Numbered from the stretch's first letter, positions 1 to 10,489 are shown. The stretch is DNA of 64,000 bases from Bacillales bacterium (GCA_016287865.1 JAEEXP010000002.1:7859-71858); one strand, 5' to 3'. The notes: generated by a model not told the origin, from the sequence alone. Program-made: numbers and translations.

Positions 1-649
1 TCAAATTGAAGTAAAAACAGAAATTTCAACTGAAGAAAAACAAAAAGATTATCGTAAACTGGGTAAAGAATATATTAATCCAAATGAAGATATTGCTGCA
101 ATTTATGATGTTAGATTAATTAGAACTATAAATGGTGTTGAAGAAGAAATCCAACCATCTGATATTACTCCTGGAACAACTATTTTTGTTCAAATGGCTA
201 TTCCTGAAGAACTAGTTGGTAAAGAATTCCGTTTGCTTCATATTCATACTGATTCTGATATTTCTGAAATATCTAATTACTCTATTTCTAAAGACGGTAA
301 AACTTTAACAGTAGAAATAGATAAATTAAGTGAATTTGTATTTGTAGGAGCATCTCAAACAGAAGATAATGGCTTTATCTATAAACATAGTCTTCCTGTT
401 TGGGCAATTATTTTAATTATTGTTGGTTCAATATTAGTACTATTCTCAATTTGTTATGTACTAGTGTTCTTTGTATTTAATAAATGGATTAATGTTGATG
501 ATAAACAAGTAAGAGTATTCAAATTAGGCCAAAATAATGGCAAGGTAAGAGTCATTTTAATGAATATAAAATTTGAATATCTTGATGCATCATTAGTATT
601 TAACACTAAAGAACAGGCCAAAAATAATCTTTCAAAAGTAGAAGAATAA
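1..649 (+). CDS. C-terminal part of a surface protein with a single transmembrane anchor and short cytoplasmic tail (5'-truncated by the window)
   Basis: Frame is open from base 2 into ORF 194..649; hydrophobic WAIILIIVGSILVLFSICYVLVFFVF near the C-terminus. Confidence 0.75.
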   Translation, partial: QIEVKTEISTEEKQKDYRKLGKEYINPNEDIAAIYDVRLIRTINGVEEEIQPSDITPGTTIFVQMAIPEELVGKEFRLLHIHTDSDISEISNYSISKDGKTLTVEIDKLSEFVFVGASQTEDNGFIYKHSLPVWAIILIIVGSILVLFSICYVLVFFVFNKWINVDDKQVRVFKLGQNNGKVRVILMNIKFEYLDASLVFNTKEQAKNNLSKVEE

Positions 650-671
650 TTAACTAACTACGATAAAATTA

Positions 672-723
672 AAGGCACTCGTAAGTGAACTGAACCCCGT
701 TTAGTTCACTTTAATGGTGCCTT
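672..723 (+). terminator. Hairpin AAGGCAC...GTGCCTT with an inner AAGTGAACT/AGTTCACTT stem; probable terminator enclosing an IS3-like end remnant
   Basis: Nested inverted repeats after the stop codon, followed by T-rich sequence. Confidence 0.5.
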
Positions 724-784
724 CTTAATTTTTTATTTATTTTTTATTAATAATAAGTATAATTATGGTAAGGAGAAATATAGA

Positions 785-1990
785 ATGAAAAAAAGAATTA
801 TTACATTTTTAATGCTTATAGCTATTCTTGTTTTAACTGGCTGCAATAAGAAAGTAAACTTTACAGATAGTTTAAAATTTAAAGATAAATTATCTACAAA
901 TGAAAAACTTGTTGTAATTGTAAACGTTGAACATGCTATGGTTAATCTTGTTCAAGTTGAGGGTAATATTAATCAAAAGACTTACAATGAAATTGAAGAA
1001 AATAATATTGTTGCAAACGTAACAGAAAAACTTCATTCAGGATTCCAAGTTCGTTTTACTGGATCTCTAACTAATACTAATATAAAAAGCGGATTAACAA
1101 CTGTTCAAGAAGGCAAAATAGAAGTAGATGATTTCTATGATGAAATGTATGATACTCATGTACATCGTGCAATATATGGCGATGAATCAGACTTAGAATT
1201 CGAAGAATATACAATTGAAGAATATCAAGCTTTAAATGAATCATATTATAGAGATTTAGTATATGGTGAAGAACTAAGTATACTTAAAGATCTTGATGCT
1301 TATAAAGATGGCAGCGGATATGTATTTATATCATCATCTATTAATAAGAATGTAGAGGGTGTTGCATGGGGTAATACTGTAAAAGAACACACTACAGTTA
1401 CTAAAACTCAAACTATCGCAAAAGTTAATAGTAACTATCAACTTACAAGCATCCAAAAAGTAACTGAGACTCTTACAAATAGAGATACTCAAACTAATGC
1501 ATGGTACAACAAAGAAACTCAAACTTCATATGAAAGCTCAAGTTTTAAGTATAAGTATGGCACTAGAAAAGGCGATACTAAGAGAATGGCTGACGTGAGA
1601 AAAGAACTAAGTGCTATGATAGTTGGTGAAGTTGGATTAGAACTTACTGGAGTAAATAATGATGATAGCTTCGTAGTAAACTTAACTCATAAACGTGATA
1701 GTTTACAAAAAGTTCATGTTGTTGGTAGATACACTTTAAACTATGATGTTGATAAAGAATTTGAATATAAACCAACTGTATTTGTAACTGTATATAATAA
1801 ATACAAAGAAACAAGAGATGAATATCCAGTAATATTTGGTATATATTCAGAAAAAGATAATCAATACATTGAATCAGAAAATGTTAAGTTCACATATGTA
1901 AAAGGTACACAAGTAATATTTGAATTTGATGTAGAAATTATTAACGGCCAAGTAAACATTACTGGCGCAAAAGTAGATTTTGTAAAATAA
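785..1990 (+). CDS. Lipoprotein of unknown function
   Basis: AGGAG RBS; signal peptide with lipobox LTGC. Confidence 0.75.
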   Translation: MKKRIITFLMLIAILVLTGCNKKVNFTDSLKFKDKLSTNEKLVVIVNVEHAMVNLVQVEGNINQKTYNEIEENNIVANVTEKLHSGFQVRFTGSLTNTNIKSGLTTVQEGKIEVDDFYDEMYDTHVHRAIYGDESDLEFEEYTIEEYQALNESYYRDLVYGEELSILKDLDAYKDGSGYVFISSSINKNVEGVAWGNTVKEHTTVTKTQTIAKVNSNYQLTSIQKVTETLTNRDTQTNAWYNKETQTSYESSSFKYKYGTRKGDTKRMADVRKELSAMIVGEVGLELTGVNNDDSFVVNLTHKRDSLQKVHVVGRYTLNYDVDKEFEYKPTVFVTVYNKYKETRDEYPVIFGIYSEKDNQYIESENVKFTYVKGTQVIFEFDVEIINGQVNITGAKVDFVK

Positions 1991-2000
1991 TTAATAATCA

Positions 2001-2034
2001 AAAAGCCAGCGAAATAATTAATCGCTGGCTTTTT
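2001..2034. terminator. Bidirectional intrinsic terminator
   Basis: AAAAGCCAGCGA...TCGCTGGCTTTT between convergent genes. Confidence 0.75.
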
Positions 2035-2845
2035 TATTTTTATTAAAGAATTCAACTATTTTATTTGTGGTAATAGTAGTTTGTTCCATATAAGATATTA
2101 AAGCTATACCATCACCTTTTTGAAGTGAATAATATGCATATTGAGTATGGTTGCCACCCTCAATAATAAATTCTTCAAATGTCTTAGGGAAGTTCTTATA
2201 ATTTTGATTATATAAGTCTTTATTAAGACATAAATCATTTGAACCATAAATAGATAAAGTTGGAATAGAATCATCTATTTTCTCAGTTGAATAAGAACCA
2301 AGAAGAACAAGTCCTGATACTATATCAGTATGTTTTGCGGCGTAGCACGCTGCCATAGCTCCACCGAGTGAATGACCCATAATAATATAATTCTTATAAT
2401 TATTATGTACCTTCACAACTTTATTCATTCTATTTACTCCGAAGAATGCCATATTGAAAGGCATTCTAACAATATGAGTATCATATCCAGCCTCGGCTAA
2501 CTTATACATAAGTGGAGCGTAAGCTATCATTTCAACCTTAGCTCCAGGATAGAATACAATTAATGTATCTTCTCCAGGACCATCAAATAGATAATCACGG
2601 TTGTGTTCTGTTACTTCCACAGTAGAAGAAGAATTTAAGTATTCTTTAGCTTCAGGAAGTGCTTTGTTATAAGCTGCTAAATAAACATATACGGTAATTA
2701 AGAACAACAAAATAGATAATACTGTTCTTTGTAAATGTTTATTCTTTATTTTGATTTTTTTAATTTTTTCAACCGCAAAAATGAAAAGGAATGGAAGTCC
2801 TATACATACAATTATTGCGGCTGCTACTATTAATAAGTGGTCCAT
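2018..2845 (-). CDS. Membrane-anchored alpha/beta hydrolase (esterase-like)
   Basis: FYPGAKV, GHSLGG nucleophile elbow, GGNH catalytic His; two N-terminal TM helices. Confidence 0.85.
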   Translation of the reverse strand: MDHLLIVAAAIIVCIGLPFLFIFAVEKIKKIKIKNKHLQRTVLSILLFLITVYVYLAAYNKALPEAKEYLNSSSTVEVTEHNRDYLFDGPGEDTLIVFYPGAKVEMIAYAPLMYKLAEAGYDTHIVRMPFNMAFFGVNRMNKVVKVHNNYKNYIIMGHSLGGAMAACYAAKHTDIVSGLVLLGSYSTEKIDDSIPTLSIYGSNDLCLNKDLYNQNYKNFPKTFEEFIIEGGNHTQYAYYSLQKGDGIALISYMEQTTITTNKIVEFFNKNKKASD

Positions 2846-2920
2846 TTTACTATTACTTTCTACTCTCTTTCCACGCTTTTTAAAGCGTTATAACTATTTT
2901 ATCATTAAATAGTAATTTGT

Positions 2921-4408
2921 CTATCTTGGATTATATAGTTTCTTTGCGAAGGCTACTGGTTCTTCGGTAACTTCTATTCCAAGTCTTTTAAATGTATTTA
3001 AGTCAACTTCATCCATTAAACAAGAAGAATGAGCTTGAGTTCCTTTTAGTTTTGGAAGTTGTTTAAGCGCAAGTTCAGATAATGTATTAGTTGATGCTTG
3101 AATTGCGAGGGCAATTAATATTTCACCCGCATGAATTCTTGGATTATGGTTGTTTAGATCATTTACTTTTAAATCAATAATAGGTTCAATTACTTTTCTT
3201 GAAATTAAAGTTAAAGAATCATCAATATGTGCGAGTGATTTAAGTGAATTAAGAAGAAGAGCTGCAGGCGCACTTAATAGGCTTGATCTTTTACCTGTGA
3301 CAATCTTTTTAGAATTTAATTCTAAAGACATTACAGGAACTAGTTCCTTTTGATATTTCTTAAGACAAACTTTAACGCACTTTCTATCATCTGTAGATAC
3401 GCCGGCTTTATTCATTAATACTTCAGCTTTATCTACACAATCATCTGAGAATTTGCCTAGGAAGTTGTTTTTAAGGGTTTGATAGTATCTTCTTACTATT
3501 TCATTTTTAGATGCCTGACAAGCCGCCTCATCGTCTACAATCGCATATCCACACATATTAACTCCCATATCAGTAGGAGAATAATATGGTGATTCACCAT
3601 AAATATGTTCAAAGATTGTTTTGAGTACTGGGAATGTTTCAACGTCTCTATTATAGTTAACTGCGAGTGTGCCATATTTTTCTAAATGGAATGGATCAAT
3701 CATATTAACATCCATTAAATCTACTGTCGCAGCTTCATATGCCATATTAACTGGATGGTTTAGTGGGAGATTCCAAATAGGGAATGTTTCATATTTAGCG
3801 TATCCAGCTCTAATACCTCTTAAGTTATCATGATATAGTTGAGAAAGACATGTTGCCATCTTACCTGAACCAGGACCAGGTGCGGTAACAACTACAAGTG
3901 GTCTTGTGGTTTCGATATATTCATTCTTTCCAAGACCTTCCTCAGATACAACAAGAGGAATGTTTTGAGGATAACCATTAATTTTATAGTGTTTATAGAC
4001 TTTAATATTATTCTTTTCAAGTTTATTTACGAATTCATTAATAATAGGTGATTCAGTATAGAATGAAAGAACTACACTTGATACATAAAGACCTGATTCT
4101 TTAAACGCATCAATTAGTCTTTCAACTTCGTCTTGGTAAGTGATTCCAATATCGTTTCTAACCTTAAGTGAATTGATATCTTGAGAGTTAACAGCGATGA
4201 TAATTTCCGCTTTATCTTTAAGTTTTAATAATACTTTAAGTTTTGAATCGGGTTCAAAACCAGGGAGAACTCTTGATGCATGATAGTCATCAAACAATTT
4301 TCCTCCAAATTCTAGATAAAGTTTGTCTCCGAACATTTTGATTCTTTCATTGATTTTATCTGATTGAATCTTTAAATATTTCTTATTATCAAAAGCTTTT
4401 TTCATAAT
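2921..4408 (-). CDS. DUF1846 / UPF0371 family protein
   Basis: LYLEFGGKLFDDYHASRVLPGF, TAPGPGSGKMATCLSQLYH and YAKYETFPIWN motifs. Confidence 0.9.
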   Translation of the reverse strand: MMKKAFDNKKYLKIQSDKINERIKMFGDKLYLEFGGKLFDDYHASRVLPGFEPDSKLKVLLKLKDKAEIIIAVNSQDINSLKVRNDIGITYQDEVERLIDAFKESGLYVSSVVLSFYTESPIINEFVNKLEKNNIKVYKHYKINGYPQNIPLVVSEEGLGKNEYIETTRPLVVVTAPGPGSGKMATCLSQLYHDNLRGIRAGYAKYETFPIWNLPLNHPVNMAYEAATVDLMDVNMIDPFHLEKYGTLAVNYNRDVETFPVLKTIFEHIYGESPYYSPTDMGVNMCGYAIVDDEAACQASKNEIVRRYYQTLKNNFLGKFSDDCVDKAEVLMNKAGVSTDDRKCVKVCLKKYQKELVPVMSLELNSKKIVTGKRSSLLSAPAALLLNSLKSLAHIDDSLTLISRKVIEPIIDLKVNDLNNHNPRIHAGEILIALAIQASTNTLSELALKQLPKLKGTQAHSSCLMDEVDLNTFKRLGIEVTEEPVAFAKKLYNPR

Positions 4409-4571
4409 AGAACCCACCTATATTATATAAAGTCTAAATACAACATAATTTAATTATATAATATAAGAGCTCTATCTTACACATAAAAATAAAATAAATT
4501 TTTATTTGTAAATCATAATTATTTAGATGTGTTACAATCTAATTACAACACACATATTTAAGGAGATAATT

Positions 4572-5501
4572 ATGGCAGGTTTTAAAGAATTAAATCCTAA
4601 AGACAACTTTTATCAGACATCGCTTTTCTATCCGATGCCTTTAGTGCTTATCACAACACTAACTGACGATGGTAAAACTAACATTGGCCCATACTCATTA
4701 GTTTTCCCATACTATATCGCAGGTAAAGAATATTATGCGTTTTTACTTTTATGCAGAAACTCATCTAATACTGCACAAAATATTTTAAGAAGTAAGAAAT
4801 GCGCATTAAACTTTATTCCTGATGATAAGAAATATTTTAAAGAAGCAGTAAGAATGGGCTGGCCAGGAGATTCAACTGATGAAAAGATGAAGGGATGTAT
4901 CTTCACACTAGTTGATGGCTTAAGACAAGAAAAGAATAAAGAAGAAAAATATCCTAAAGTAGTAAAAGAAGCATTCCAAGTAGTTGAATGTACTTGGGAT
5001 GACTCACTAGATAACGCAGAAGGTGATAAACCTGGAGAACTTTCAGGTTATAAAGGACCATTCCATAACTTTAATGGAATCACATCACCTTATGGAGCTC
5101 ATTTCATCTTAAAAATTGATGATATTATGATGGATGAAAAATACTGGAACTCTATCGTAAATGGAGTAAAGAAGAATAACTTTCCAAGAGTTCCTGTGGA
5201 TTATGGTTATAGAGATAGTAAGAATTTCTGGTGTTCAAGTCATAAGGCACCAAACCCAGAATTACTTCCTGTAAGAGAAACCACAGTAGATTCAGTAAGA
5301 TACGCAGCTAAAAGACTTCAAACTGACGTTGAGTTTACTGATGAAGCACTAGCTATGCTTGTGAATGTTCCACGTATCTTTTTACCTTTAGTATTAAAAG
5401 GATGCGTTAAGTGGGCAGAAGAAAATGGCTGTAAGTTAATTACTCCAGTTGAGATGAAAGAAATAAACGATAAGAGATCAAAAGAAAAGAAGAATAAATA
5501 A
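4572..5501 (+). CDS. Flavin-reductase-like (FMN-binding split barrel) protein with a C-terminal PCP_red-like helical domain
   Basis: PMPLVLITT..DGKTNIGPYS, SNTAQNILRSKKCALNF; C-terminal FTDEALAMLVNVP...WAEENG..IT; AGGAG RBS before ATG 4572. Confidence 0.65.
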   Translation: MAGFKELNPKDNFYQTSLFYPMPLVLITTLTDDGKTNIGPYSLVFPYYIAGKEYYAFLLLCRNSSNTAQNILRSKKCALNFIPDDKKYFKEAVRMGWPGDSTDEKMKGCIFTLVDGLRQEKNKEEKYPKVVKEAFQVVECTWDDSLDNAEGDKPGELSGYKGPFHNFNGITSPYGAHFILKIDDIMMDEKYWNSIVNGVKKNNFPRVPVDYGYRDSKNFWCSSHKAPNPELLPVRETTVDSVRYAAKRLQTDVEFTDEALAMLVNVPRIFLPLVLKGCVKWAEENGCKLITPVEMKEINDKRSKEKKNK

Positions 5502-5520
5502 AAGAAAGGCCTATAGTAAG

Positions 5521-6243
5521 CTATAGGTCTTTTTCTTTATATTCTATATTACATTCAAATATCTTTTTATCATCTTTCATGAATGTAAAATATGTATAAT
5601 CATTAGATGCATAAATATCTAATTTCTCATTTTCTTTCATTTCTTCTTTAAATACCATATTGATTTTAGTGATATCTTTATTTTTATAGAAATCACTATT
5701 ATTTAAATCTAAGATGAAATCTAAATACTTCACATTATTAAGATGATTATTTAAATCTAGGTCAGTATATTTAATAATTCTACTGTCCTTTAATTCTGTC
5801 TCTTTAGTTTCAATTGACGAGATCCTTTCCATTTTAACTGATGGTGGAGTAACTATTCCTGAATCACTAGAAAGAAGTACTTTTCTAGTCTTGTAATTTA
5901 AAAGACACCACAACGATTTAGCTTCAACTAATGTTTCACCATTTAAGTCAGTAATTAAGAAAGTTCTAGGATAAATATAGTGAATCATATTATTTGGATA
6001 AGTATATAGTAATACTTCCTCAGTATATTTAGGCATTCTCTTAATGTTTATCTCAAGATTAGTATAAACCCAGATCATTCCTTTATATGTGGTTTTATCA
6101 GCCCCTAAATTGATGTATGAGGCACCATTTACTGAAAGGTCTTGAATTATCTTAAGTAAAGATGAAATAGTAAGCTCAAGCTTATTATTTACCTCGGTTG
6201 ATTTAATTTGATATTTTTCTTTATAAGTAATTTGTTCATTCAT
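5521..6243 (-). CDS. Acyl-ACP thioesterase
   Basis: Double hot-dog pattern with DLDLNNHLNNVKY motif. Confidence 0.85.
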   Translation of the reverse strand: MNEQITYKEKYQIKSTEVNNKLELTISSLLKIIQDLSVNGASYINLGADKTTYKGMIWVYTNLEINIKRMPKYTEEVLLYTYPNNMIHYIYPRTFLITDLNGETLVEAKSLWCLLNYKTRKVLLSSDSGIVTPPSVKMERISSIETKETELKDSRIIKYTDLDLNNHLNNVKYLDFILDLNNSDFYKNKDITKINMVFKEEMKENEKLDIYASNDYTYFTFMKDDKKIFECNIEYKEKDL

Positions 6244-6308
6244 AAAATACATTATAGCAAAAAAGAAGAATGTTATATAATAAATCTTGAGTGAATAAAG
6301 GAGAGTTT

Positions 6309-7433
6309 ATGAAAAAGATTATAACTTTAATAGTTTGTGTATTAAGTTTGATTCTTACACTTGGCTGTACTAAGAAAACAAACTCTAATACAACAACAAA
6401 GAAACCTGTAGAAAGTAGTTCTATAACTATTAAACCTACAAATGGTAGTAGTTCTACCACTAAAAAGAATGAAACTACTAAAGCTTTAGTTGATACAACT
6501 AAAAAGGAAGAAACTACCACAACTAAAAAGAGTGAACCAGTATATAAGGTAATTGACGAAACACATTTACTATTTGGTTCTTATCCACAATCACTTGTGG
6601 AAGATGATAGTTTATTAAGTACGCTTAATAGTAAATATTCTAATAAGAATGAATGGACTTCATTTGAAGATTATTGGTATGGCGTAGAGGAAGTAGATAC
6701 ATATAAGTATATTGACGTTGTTGAAGGTGACAACAAATATAGAGGTTTCACATATGAATACGCACGTCCTTACTGCGTTGGTGATGATTCATCATACCTT
6801 AAGGATTATGGTTATGCTGAAGAAAATGGAACTTATTGGTTTAAATGGGAACCTATTAAATGGATTATTTTAAATAATAGTGGAAATAATAAAGATGACT
6901 ATTTATTAGTATCTGAACTTATTATTGACGCACAAAACTATGAATTAAATGATGGCAAAAATACATATGCACATGGCGGTGATACTGGTTATGCATCAGA
7001 TTACGCTTTATCATATATAAGAAATTGGTTAATCACTAGCTTCTATAATACTGCGTTTACTGAAGCAGAAAAAGAAATCATTTTAGCTAAGACAGTTAAT
7101 TTAACTAAACTAACATTAAATAATCCAGACACAAACCAATTTGGATCAAATGAAGTAATTAAAGATAAAGTATTCTTATTATCATACGCAGATATTAATA
7201 ATACGCACTATTTTGAAACATCAGATGATTTATTCGATGAGGCAACTGATTACACCTTAGTTAATGGTGGATCTTATTATAGCGAAGGATCATATCACTG
7301 CTACTGGCTTAGAAGTCCTGAGTCAGAAGACACAGTAACTATAGTTGATGCATATTCATATGCTTATGGTGTAAATACTCTTTTAATTAATGGTGTTAGA
7401 CCTGCAATCTATATCGATATTACGAATAATTAA
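6309..7433 (+). CDS. Lipoprotein with Thr/Lys-rich linker and DUF6273-like C-terminal domain
   Basis: Lipobox TLGC; FGSYPQ, EPIKWIIL, S.IRNWL, DKVFLLS, YWLRSP...GVRPA motifs. Confidence 0.75.
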   Translation: MKKIITLIVCVLSLILTLGCTKKTNSNTTTKKPVESSSITIKPTNGSSSTTKKNETTKALVDTTKKEETTTTKKSEPVYKVIDETHLLFGSYPQSLVEDDSLLSTLNSKYSNKNEWTSFEDYWYGVEEVDTYKYIDVVEGDNKYRGFTYEYARPYCVGDDSSYLKDYGYAEENGTYWFKWEPIKWIILNNSGNNKDDYLLVSELIIDAQNYELNDGKNTYAHGGDTGYASDYALSYIRNWLITSFYNTAFTEAEKEIILAKTVNLTKLTLNNPDTNQFGSNEVIKDKVFLLSYADINNTHYFETSDDLFDEATDYTLVNGGSYYSEGSYHCYWLRSPESEDTVTIVDAYSYAYGVNTLLINGVRPAIYIDITNN

Positions 7434-7515
7434 CAAACTAATTAACAAAACAAATATTTTATAGTAAAATATTAAAGGTTAAATAAAAAAATACTAAACG
7501 GAGGAAAATATTAGT

Positions 7516-8550
7516 ATGTCAGTAAGAGTAGCTATTAATGGTTTTGGTAGAATTGGACGTTTAGCATTCAGACAAATGTTTGGTGCTGAAGGTTATGAAG
7601 TTGTTGCAATCAATGACTTAACATCTCCAAAAATGTTAGCACATTTATTAAAGTATGATTCTGCACAAGGAAGATATGAATTTGCAGATCAAGTTGAATG
7701 CTCAGAAGAAGGAGCAGCTGAAGGTTGGATTTCAGTAAAAGGAAAGAAGATTAGAATCTATTCAGAAAAAGACGCAGTTAACTGCCCTTGGAAAGAACTC
7801 AATGTAGACGTAGTTCTTGAATGTACAGGTTTCTATGTAACTAAAGAAAAATCTATGGCTCACATCCAAGCAGGTGCTAAGAAGGTTGTTATCTCTGCTC
7901 CAGCTGGAAAAGATTTAAAGACTATCGTATATAATGTTAACCATAAGACATTAACTAAGGATGATCAAATTATCAGTGCTGCATCATGCACTACTAACTG
8001 CTTAGCTCCTATGGCCAAAGCATTAAATGATTTCGCAGCTATCCAATCTGGTATTATGCTTACAGTTCACGCATATACTGGTGACCAAATGGTACTTGAT
8101 GGACCACACAGAAAGGGCGATTTAAGAAGAGCTAGAGCAGCTGCAGTTAACATTGTACCTAACTCAACAGGTGCTGCTAAAGCTATCGGTTTAGTTATTC
8201 CTGAACTCGATGGTAAACTTATTGGTTCAGCTCAAAGAGTTCCAGTACCTACAGGTTCAACTACATTACTCTTCGCAGTAGTTAAGAGTGATAAAGAAGT
8301 TACTAAAGACGCTATCAACGCTTATATGAAGAGTGTTGCTAATGAATCTTATGGATACACAGAAGAACAACTCGTTTCATCTGACGTTATCGGTATGAGA
8401 TTTGGTTCTTTATTCGACGCTACACAAACTATGGTTTCTAAAGTTGCTGAAGGAACATATGAAGTTCAAGTTGTTGCTTGGTATGACAATGAAAATTCAT
8501 ATACTTCACAAATGGTTAGAACTATTAAGTACTTCGCTGAATTAAAGTAA
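7516..8550 (+). CDS. gap: Glyceraldehyde-3-phosphate dehydrogenase (type I)
   Basis: [19 protein letters not shown] and WYDNE motifs. Confidence 0.98.
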   Translation: MSVRVAINGFGRIGRLAFRQMFGAEGYEVVAINDLTSPKMLAHLLKYDSAQGRYEFADQVECSEEGAAEGWISVKGKKIRIYSEKDAVNCPWKELNVDVVLECTGFYVTKEKSMAHIQAGAKKVVISAPAGKDLKTIVYNVNHKTLTKDDQIISAASCTTNCLAPMAKALNDFAAIQSGIMLTVHAYTGDQMVLDGPHRKGDLRRARAAAVNIVPNSTGAAKAIGLVIPELDGKLIGSAQRVPVPTGSTTLLFAVVKSDKEVTKDAINAYMKSVANESYGYTEEQLVSSDVIGMRFGSLFDATQTMVSKVAEGTYEVQVVAWYDNENSYTSQMVRTIKYFAELK

Positions 8551-8575
8551 TTAAACTAACTAATTAAAAATCAAT

Positions 8576-8608
8576 ATATAGCCTCTCCCGAAAGAGAGGC
8601 TATATTTC
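8576..8608 (+). terminator. Intrinsic terminator after gap
   Basis: ATATAGCCTCTC/GAGAGGCTATAT stem. Confidence 0.7.
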
Positions 8609-8619
8609 TATTAAAGGAC

Positions 8620-9129
8620 ATGGCTAATTTATTAATTATTGTAAACTTTCAAGTTGATTATGTAAGTGGCGCAATTGGTCACCCAAAAGCATTAGAACTT
8701 GAAAGTAAAATCTTAAACGCATTAACTGAATACACAGACTTTATTTTCACAAAAGAAATCCAAGATGATAACTATTCAAATACTATTGAAGGTAAATATT
8801 TAGTCACACCTCATTGCCTAAAAGGCACTGAAGGCGCAGAAATCTATGGAAAACTAAAAGAAAAAGAAAAGGATGCCTTAAAGATTTTTGAATCTAATAC
8901 TTTTGCGTGTCTTGATTTAGCTAATTATCTAAAAGATAAAACTTATGATGAGATAGATATTTGTGGACTCAATTCACACGTAAATGTGGCCTCAACCGCC
9001 CTTTTAATTAAAGCCGCACTCCCAAATACAAAGATTAAAGTTAAAAGAGATTTAACTGTATCATATGACTTAACTTTAGAAGAAGAAGCATATGACACAC
9101 TTCGCGCAAATCATATTGAGGTATTCTAA
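8620..9129 (+). CDS. Isochorismatase/nicotinamidase-fold protein with substituted catalytic residues
   Basis: LLIIVNFQVDY, EG..L..PHC.KGTEG, ICGL patterns; the Asp/Lys/Cys triad is not conserved. Confidence 0.75.
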   Translation: MANLLIIVNFQVDYVSGAIGHPKALELESKILNALTEYTDFIFTKEIQDDNYSNTIEGKYLVTPHCLKGTEGAEIYGKLKEKEKDALKIFESNTFACLDLANYLKDKTYDEIDICGLNSHVNVASTALLIKAALPNTKIKVKRDLTVSYDLTLEEEAYDTLRANHIEVF

Positions 9130-9791
9130 TGTTTAAAAGAAGAGATTTACTATTAACTAAGTCTCAAATAGAAAAATTAGAAAACGCTAAAGTAGCGCTT
9201 TTTGTCTTGGGCGGTGTTGGAGGATATACTCTTGAAGCTATCACTAGAATGGGCATTAAGAATTTATTCTTATGTGATGGAGACGCATTTGATGAATCAA
9301 ATCTTAATAGACAAATTCTATCAACTCAAAATGTACTTGGAATAAAAAAGGCCTTAGTCGCAAAAGAAAGAGTCTTATCAATTAACCCTCAAGCTAACGT
9401 TATAGTATTTGATAAGTTTATTGATGAATCAACTATTAATGAAATTAACTTTGATTTCGATTACATAATTGATGCGATAGATGATACTAAAGCTAAAGTA
9501 CTACTAATAAAGAAAGCTAATGAATTAAATATCCCTATCATATCTATGATGGGCGCAGGTAATAGACTTAGCGCAAACTTTATTGTCTCAGATATTAATA
9601 AGACTGAATATGACCCACTTGCAAAAAAGATGAGATATCTTTTAAAGAATGAAGGTATTAAACATTTAAAAGTAGTATATACAAAAGACTTACCTTTGAG
9701 ACAATCTTCTCCAGTTGGTTCTATTTCATATGTAGTAGGTCAAGCTGGGCTTAAACTCGCAGAAGAAATAATCAAAGATATAATTAGTTAA
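9129..9791 (+). CDS. tcdA: tRNA threonylcarbamoyladenosine dehydratase (ThiF family)
   Basis: LGGVGG, SNLNRQ, DAID, SMMGAGN, DPLAKKMR, GSISYV. Confidence 0.8.
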   Translation: MFKRRDLLLTKSQIEKLENAKVALFVLGGVGGYTLEAITRMGIKNLFLCDGDAFDESNLNRQILSTQNVLGIKKALVAKERVLSINPQANVIVFDKFIDESTINEINFDFDYIIDAIDDTKAKVLLIKKANELNIPIISMMGAGNRLSANFIVSDINKTEYDPLAKKMRYLLKNEGIKHLKVVYTKDLPLRQSSPVGSISYVVGQAGLKLAEEIIKDIIS

Positions 9792-9813
9792 TGTTATAAT
9801 TGTATCTATAAAC

Positions 9814-9888
9814 GCTCTCTTAGTTAAATGGATATAACGGATCTCTCCTAAGGATTTGTTGCTGGTTCGATTCCGGCAGAGAGCGCCA
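9814..9888 (+). tRNA. tRNA-Arg(CCT)
   Basis: GCTCTCT/AGAGAGC acceptor stem, D arm GTTAAATGGATATAAC, anticodon loop CTCCTAA, GGTTCGATTCC, encoded CCA; TGTTATAAT just upstream. Confidence 0.93.
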
Positions 9889-9909
9889 TTAATATAATAA
9901 ATAAAGAAT

Positions 9910-10485
9910 ATGGATAATAAAGAACTATATTTAAGTATTAAAAATGATTTAGACAATTATATAAATGAGAATTATGTCTTTGAAGAGATTGTTTTAAATG
10001 TTGCTGAAACTAAAAAAAGAGTTGTTTCAAAGTGTGTTCCCCCTAAAGGAACGTCTAAACCTAGGCTTTCAAAACCAAAGATGCCTTATGGAAAGGTATT
10101 AAGGGAAGTTAAGCCAAGAAGTTTAGATGATTTAATTAATCACGTTAATGATACTTTCCAAGAAGCTGTATTCTATCATATTGATACAAAAGGTCTTGAT
10201 GAAGTAGAAGTATATACCAATGCTCACTTAGATAGAAGATTATTTTCTAAGCTTAGATCAAATAGAGATTTTAAACCAAGTAAGAAGACGGCTATATCAA
10301 TTTGTCTTGGATTAAAACTTAATTTAGATGAGACAAAGGATTTACTTGAAAAAGCTGGATATACTTTATCTCATTCATCTATAGCTGATTTAATTATTGA
10401 ATACTTTATTAAAAATAAAGAATATGATTTAAATGTTATTAATAGTATTCTATTTGAGTATCACCAAGAATTATTATATGTATAA
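9910..10485 (+). CDS. XRE-like HTH protein resembling the C-terminal region of macro-domain 'RNase III inhibitor' proteins
   Basis: EVYTNAHLDRRLFSKLRS..FKPSKKTAISICLGLKL...LLEKAGYTLSHS..DLII. Confidence 0.65.
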   Translation: MDNKELYLSIKNDLDNYINENYVFEEIVLNVAETKKRVVSKCVPPKGTSKPRLSKPKMPYGKVLREVKPRSLDDLINHVNDTFQEAVFYHIDTKGLDEVEVYTNAHLDRRLFSKLRSNRDFKPSKKTAISICLGLKLNLDETKDLLEKAGYTLSHSSIADLIIEYFIKNKEYDLNVINSILFEYHQELLYV

Positions 10486-10489
10486 AAAT

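Noticed and set aside
6309-7433. DUF6273-like C-terminus (WLRSP...GVRPA) as a diversity-generating retroelement target
   Set aside because: No reverse transcriptase and no template repeat seen in the window
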